The position numbers were made by a program, and so were the translations under genes. DNA of 64,000 nucleotides from the human T2T-CHM13v2.0 reference genome, Homo sapiens: NCBI RefSeq assembly GCF_009914755.1, contig NC_060929.1, one strand, 5' to 3'. This document shows positions 58,100 through 64,000 of this stretch, in pieces. The first letter of the stretch is position 1; every line of letters starts with the position of its first letter. The notes below the pieces were generated by a model. It worked only from the letters and a program-made list of their open reading frames with translations, did not search any database and had not been told where the DNA came from.

Positions 58100-59479
58100 A
58101 AACTATAAAATTTCACTGGAAAGGAAGCCCTTTAACTTAACTCTATTATGGTGAGATTTTGGTCTCTGTGGCAGGTGTGCAGATGAGATTTTTGATGAGA
58201 GGGTATTTTTCAGGCATCCTTGCCATACTTTTTGACTTCCTATAATGTTAGTCCACTTCCTCCAAAATGAGTAAATTGCTCTGGGCTGTAAGGGTACTCC
58301 AAGATAACTGAAGGCTCACTGAGGAGCGGGTGAGATGTTCCATTTTTGTTTCCTAACTGACTTTACTACTCCCTTCTACATATGAGGAGCCTCACATTTA
58401 TCATGGAATATCACTGAGCCGGATAAGACCAATAGTAACAGTTACTAGAAATGTCAGTTCAATGTGATCATCAAGATAGATCTGGTCTTTACGTTCTTTC
58501 TTGTTTGGCTTTATGATAACCCACAAATAAGGTTGAGCTGAAGTGAGGAAAGAATCTTTGCATAATAACATTGTAAGCTAAGAGCTACTGGTCTCATGCA
58601 GAACTCAGCTTTGAGCACCAAAAAAAGTAATAGATCCAGGAGAACCCTAGAGGCCGGAAGCAGTTGTTGCATCCCATTATACACCAATACAGTTAAAAAG
58701 CTTATTAGTTGGTGGCTCAATAAAACTGCAAATACAAATATGTGTCTATAAAACTACAAAGCTTTCACATCATTACTCTATTATTTTTACTAACTCTGAA
58801 TTCTACCAATGCTTGTAACTGTAAATGCAATCTTTTTATTCTTCCATTTACCAGTAATGATCCTGGTTAGAGAAATGGGGGCATCCCAGGCAAGTAGCAG
58901 TGCCATATTGGGACAAAAGTTCTTATGATTCTTTCACCCCCATTTGCTGAAGAAAACGAAATGGTCTTAGAAATTGCCTCATATAATCTTATAACAATGC
59001 ACATGAAGAAATTGGAGAAGTTAATTGGCTTTCTGTTTACGCAGGTTGCAAAAACCAGAAGCCAGGTTTTGACTGAGCGGATCAGAGCCAGAACATTTGT
59101 CTGCTTCTCAGTCCGTTTATCCTTTCATCATATCATGCATTTTAGGACTTAAATCCAGAGTGTGGCTCCTGTGGTATCTGAGAATGCAAAAATGGCTGAG
59201 GTGCTCTTGGAAGTTTTTAGAGTTTACTTCCCTGACAAAGGGAAAAAATTGAAGCTTACTTTTATGGCTTATTTTAAGTATTTACTAAATGAATTCTTGA
59301 TTTTAGGCATTGAAAAATCTAAAACCACAATGAAGACCATACTAAAAAACATGGACTATATAATAACTATTATATAATTATTTTTAAAGAAGAAATTACT
59401 TATAAAACATATAATAACTATGTTTACTTAACTGTAATTTGGAAGGGGTACTAAAATTTGAGAGCATTCTTTTTTCCCC

Positions 59480-59920
59480 TAATAAGTATTAAACAGGAAT
59501 ATTTTCCTATAAAGTTCTTATAAAGTGCCAGGCCCCATGGGAAGTGCTTAGTGTGCAATGAAAATAGTATAGGCATGACTCCTGTCTTCACTGGGCTTAT
59601 TATCTAATGGGGGATATAGGTAAGTAAACGAGTAAGACATACTGTGAAAAATTACCATTGTAGGGAAAGTACAAAGTATTGTGTGAGTATTTAGTAAGGG
59701 TACCTTATCCAGATGTAGGAAGTGTGAGAAGTTTTGCCAGGAGAAGTGCTATTTAAGCCATGAAGTCAATGGTGAAGAGAAGTTAACCTGGTGAAAATAG
59801 AAGTTGTCTACAGATGAGCAAGTGTTACAGATAGAGGGAGCAGCAAGTGGAAGGGCTGCAAATTAAAAGAGGAAATAATTTTCTAGGAACTGAGAGAAAC
59901 TCAGGATTGCTGAAATATGC
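59480..59920 (-). mobile_element. L2 LINE
   Basis: gtgccaggcccc...gactcctgtcttcactgggcttattatctaatgggg...agagggagcagcaagtggaagggc. Confidence 0.75.
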
Positions 59921-60669
59921 CTCCCATAATTTTTCTGTGGCTATTGCAGTTGTAAGCACACAAGGTTATTTTTTCTCAGGGCACACATTGTTTATCAAAT
60001 GAGTACCTTTTCTAGACCTGGACATTTAGGGAACAATTTTTATTCCTTTTTATTTTCTAAAGAAGGAGCTGAATACTAATCTCCAAACACACTGGTTGTT
60101 TATTATCTCCACCGGAGGTGGAGGTATGTGACTGGCTGTGGTAATGTTGCTCCGAGGAGGAAATACCATGTTTTTACATGACTTAAAGCCTGTGAATCAT
60201 GAAAAATAGATACCTTCTGTTGCCTGAATTGTGGCTGTTATCACTTGCAACTTAGAATGCAGGCATTGTGCTCAAAAGCCTTGTGCAACTTGTCATATAC
60301 CATTGTAAATGTGTTTCCAACTTCTAGCTGTCCTAAACTTTATTTTATATATTTTATACGTTTCTTGGTTATGTACAGCACCTCAAAATCCTATGTTAAG
60401 GCTTGGAAGTTTCTGAGAATTCTGCCAAACTAGAAAATTATACTGGACAACTAAAAGGAAAAAGACATGAAGAAAATTATTGTAACCAATAATGCCTATT
60501 CATAGCAAACTGGTGATAAAGAATTGTCCTGTTTATATTTCCCCACATTGAGCCATCTTGTTCTCTTCTGCAACAGCTGGTACTTATATATTAAGTTGTG
60601 CCTTATTAAAGTGATTATGAAGATTTCTAAAGTACAAATATTTTCTATTATTATGTTATAATTATCAAT

Positions 60670-60900
60670 CATCATCATCAATATTACTAACATTTGTGTC
60701 ATGTAACTATATGTCAAACACTGTGCTAAGTGTTTCTATGCATTATTTCATTTAATCTATGTATCATCCTTATGAAATAAGCTCTATTATTTTCTCTACC
60801 ACATAGTTAAAGAAACTGAGGCATAGAAAGGTTATATACTTTGTCCAAAGTCACAGATCTCATACATAGGTAGGAGAAATTTGAATCTAGGCTGAGTTCA
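60670..60900 (-). mobile_element. MIR SINE
   Basis: atgtcaaacactgtgctaagtgtttctatgcattatttcatttaatc...gaaactgaggcatagaaaggtta. Confidence 0.88.
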
Positions 60901-61289
60901 AAGCTCATTTGTGTATCAGATAGACTCTATTCCTGAAGACAGTGGCATCCTAAAAGATTGCAAGAAGAGTAAACTAGCAGCATGCTCAAGAAACCAAGTA
61001 GAGTATGTCAAGTAGAGTGTAATATTAATTTAAAAAAATGTTTCTTTGGTATGATGAACTATCTTCTTATGGGTATTTTCAGTATATTTTTTAGGTTAAA
61101 ATTAACTTTCAGTTCTTGTGGATGCTAATAAGCTGCCCTGTTTACCTTTAAGCTGAACTTTACAAATTGTATTGTGCCTTTATAACCTTGACATTTATTA
61201 GGGTTTGAAAAGTGCTGTTCACCATTCACTCCTTTAGAAAAGAGAGTAAACGTACTCCTACTTAGAGTGCAATGAAAAAAAAATTTGTG

Positions 61290-61490
61290 CTATATGTGCT
61301 AAGTGTTTGAGTGTTTCTTTATGGCATATGAAGCACTTTTGCATTATGTCATTTTATTCTTACAGCTCTCCAAGAGAGATGGGATGGGTATTATTGCCCC
61401 CATTGTGCTGAAAAAGAAACTGATGCTTGGTGAGTGAAGGATGAACCAGAATTAGAAAATGGAACTCTAATGATCTTCCCTATATGCTGC
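61290..61490 (-). mobile_element. MIR SINE, diverged
   Basis: gggtattattgcccccattgtgctgaaaaagaaactgatgct. Confidence 0.55.
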
Positions 61491-61761
61491 TTCTCCTTAT
61501 ACAACTCAGAAGAAATACAGATTTTAGAAATTTTATAGGGAATAATATATGAGGAGATAAAGTCAGCTCTCCATTGAGTAAGCTAGAACATGACACTGTT
61601 CTTTGACTTGCTTAACATTACTAAATATGACTTGGCTGATGATATCACCCCAAACTGAAATTCCCCATTATCACAGCTCATAATGGTGCATGGTGTTTTG
61701 TTGGTCCTTAATTTGTGTCAGTGGAAGACGGCACTTCGCAGACTTCAGTTTTCCTCTTTAC

Positions 61762-61797
61762 CTTATACTAAAGCCACCACGAAGGGAGGAGAGATAC
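61762..61797 (-). other. Candidate micro-exon (36 nt)
   Basis: Minus-strand acceptor catctccttatag|, donor AAG|gtaaag. Confidence 0.15.
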
Positions 61798-62749
61798 CTA
61801 TAAGGAGATGCATGATAAACCCCCAGGAAAACTTGGGAAGTTCCTGTATTTTTTATAGAGAAAACTAATTCCCTTGTATGGCTAGGGTTTAAAAAGAATT
61901 TGTCTTTTTAACAAATAAAGCCACAGTAACTTTATTTTTAGAGCCCATTGTAATTAGAAGAAAACTCTCTTTCACAAACTTGCCACAGTATTTTTTGCTA
62001 AAATTTGTATTCAAAGAATCTGTGCTGTGTTTTAGAAAATTCAACTCTTGGCCAAAATTTTCCATGATTTTGTTATAGAAATAAGAATGAGGCAAGTGGC
62101 AAAATGATTGAGTTGAAAGTATAGATTTTGGTAAATAATGGGCAAGCACTGGAAGCAGACATGTTGAATAAGATTTTAGTAATAGCACCAATAAACCAAC
62201 AGTATTAGCCGAAAGCAAATACCTGAAATGTTTAGTGTGCATAGAAGACATATGAGGGCAAGTAGGGTCAAATTTAAAAAGGCAAAAAATCCATGTGTAT
62301 TAGTCAATTAGATGCCAACTTGATAATATATTTTAGGTTAAAGTAGTGTTAGTAATTTTACAATAATCACATACGATGGGATCTTTGTAGTCTCCAATAT
62401 TGTGATTTTAAAAATTTCCTTTGATTGAAGAAATACTTTATTGTCAGATAACTACATGGAGTCGGGATCTTGGGTAGAAAAGTTGCCCATTGTCTTGGCC
62501 AAAACATCTGATGCTAACATAGAAGGCAGCAACTTGAAGAAAGTAAAATGACACAAGGGCTGATGGGCTGATTTAAGGCTCTTTTAGAAAGAGAGACTGA
62601 GGGCTACCCCGGGGCAAACACTGCATGACTCTGGCAGTAGATCCAGTCTCTCTGCTTCAGACATGGGCCTTAATCAAATTTGTTGTAACTGGGGTTAGCA
62701 CAACTCTAGTTTATGTAATTACCCTTAGCAATATCTATCATGGGTATGC

Positions 62750-62890
62750 CACAGACTAGCCCTGTGACCTTGAACTAATACTTAATCTCACTTGGTCTTT
62801 CTCTATGGCACAATCAATACACTTTCTGTTCTTTTTTGGTCTTAACAGGGAATGCCTGTGAACAAATAACATAGTAAATGTGAAGTTGTT
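62750..62890 (+). mobile_element. MIR SINE, diverged
   Basis: ctagccctgtgaccttgaactaatacttaatctc. Confidence 0.5.
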
Positions 62891-64000
62891 TTGAGTTTCT
62901 GAGGAAAAACACATTATCTACTAAAAATCATTGCTATTATTAAAGTTAATAATTATTATTAGCAGTACATTGGAAGAAACAATCCTGCCAGTCAGGATTT
63001 GAGTAGCTTTTAGTTAAAAATCAACAGAGTTTAACTTAAACCTTATGATGGTTCTACTGAAGTAGATACAAGGTTTAGGTATAATAAAACAATTTTTTTT
63101 TCTAGGAAGGGCATTGGACCATAGGTTGATTTAGGACCCCAAAAACATTTTCTTAGATTTTTTTAAAAATCGGAATTGGAAGGTGCTCCAGTATCAGACA
63201 AAACCTGCTCTGTTAGATGAGATTTCTTCAATTCAGTGACGGCTGACTGTCTAGTTTTTGATTCTGTTCCTTCCATACATGCACCTTCCTTCTGCACTCC
63301 TCCATACACAACTGTGAAATAATTGTAAAAGCTGCATACTGAACAGTGTCAGCTCAGCAACATACAAACACCTAGTGTTCAATTCTTTCCAATATCCTAT
63401 CAGCATTATTTTTTGTTTCTGTACCCATGATATTGGCATCACAGTAAATACTTATTACAGTCAATGTCTGTTTTTAGTAGAGGTGCATTTTCTTTCGCCT
63501 GTGCTTGCTGAAGTCTGGGGTATATAGGTAAGGTCTGGCTGCTCAAATGAGAGATTGCATGTTCTTTGTGTGGAATTTAGGGCACTTCTATGGTTGGTCA
63601 TTGCGTCTTCTCCATCTAACACTGGTTGCTTGGTAAAACTTGGTGCAGCTGATCTCTAGTCTCCAAATGATGGCTCCCTGGTGTGAAACTTGAGATGTGC
63701 TTTGGTGCCTAGAGGGTATTCTCTCTGCAGCCTCCTAGCTTCAAAAATTCTATCTTCCTCTTACTTCTCACAACCCCTAATGGGTGGTCTCTGTGTGGGT
63801 TGCTGGAGTGACCACCTTCCTCTGCCTGAAATGACTTCTGCAGCCTGATCTAGACCCTTAGAAAACCCCAGAGCCCTACCCTGGAGACTCAGCTTAGAGA
63901 GAAGTTGAGGAGAACAATCTTTTCCCTATTCTCAGTTATTTGCAGGTCCTGGTGCTCAGCAAACAGCCAGCTGTATAATGAGATGACCGAAAGATGTTTA

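Noticed and set aside
60108-60125. Small hairpin ctccacc-gga-ggtggag
   Set aside because: A 7-bp stem is expected by chance in 64 kb.

Overview
This is primate (very probably human) AT-rich, CpG-poor intronic or intergenic DNA, not a prokaryotic locus. It holds 14 Alu elements (J, S and Y types), old L1M and L2 LINE fragments, MIRs, MaLR/ERVL/ERV1 LTRs, a decayed ERVL integrase region and several DNA-transposon relics. Repeat families were assigned by eye from remembered consensus sequences, so subfamily names and boundaries are approximate. I recognise no protein-coding gene, RNA gene or CRISPR array, and most ORFs in the track are Alu-, LINE- or LTR-derived or chance ORFs. I cannot support a new biological system here. 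The most distinctive signals are: (1) a template-switch scar in an old L1, where a 42-nt copy of sequence 1.1 kb downstream sits between the two halves of an ~80-bp duplication; (2) an 87-nt pure A/T tract built from a tandem of palindromic 32-mers; (3) several splice-signal-bounded candidate exons in non-repetitive DNA on both strands; (4) multi-layer nested transposon insertions.
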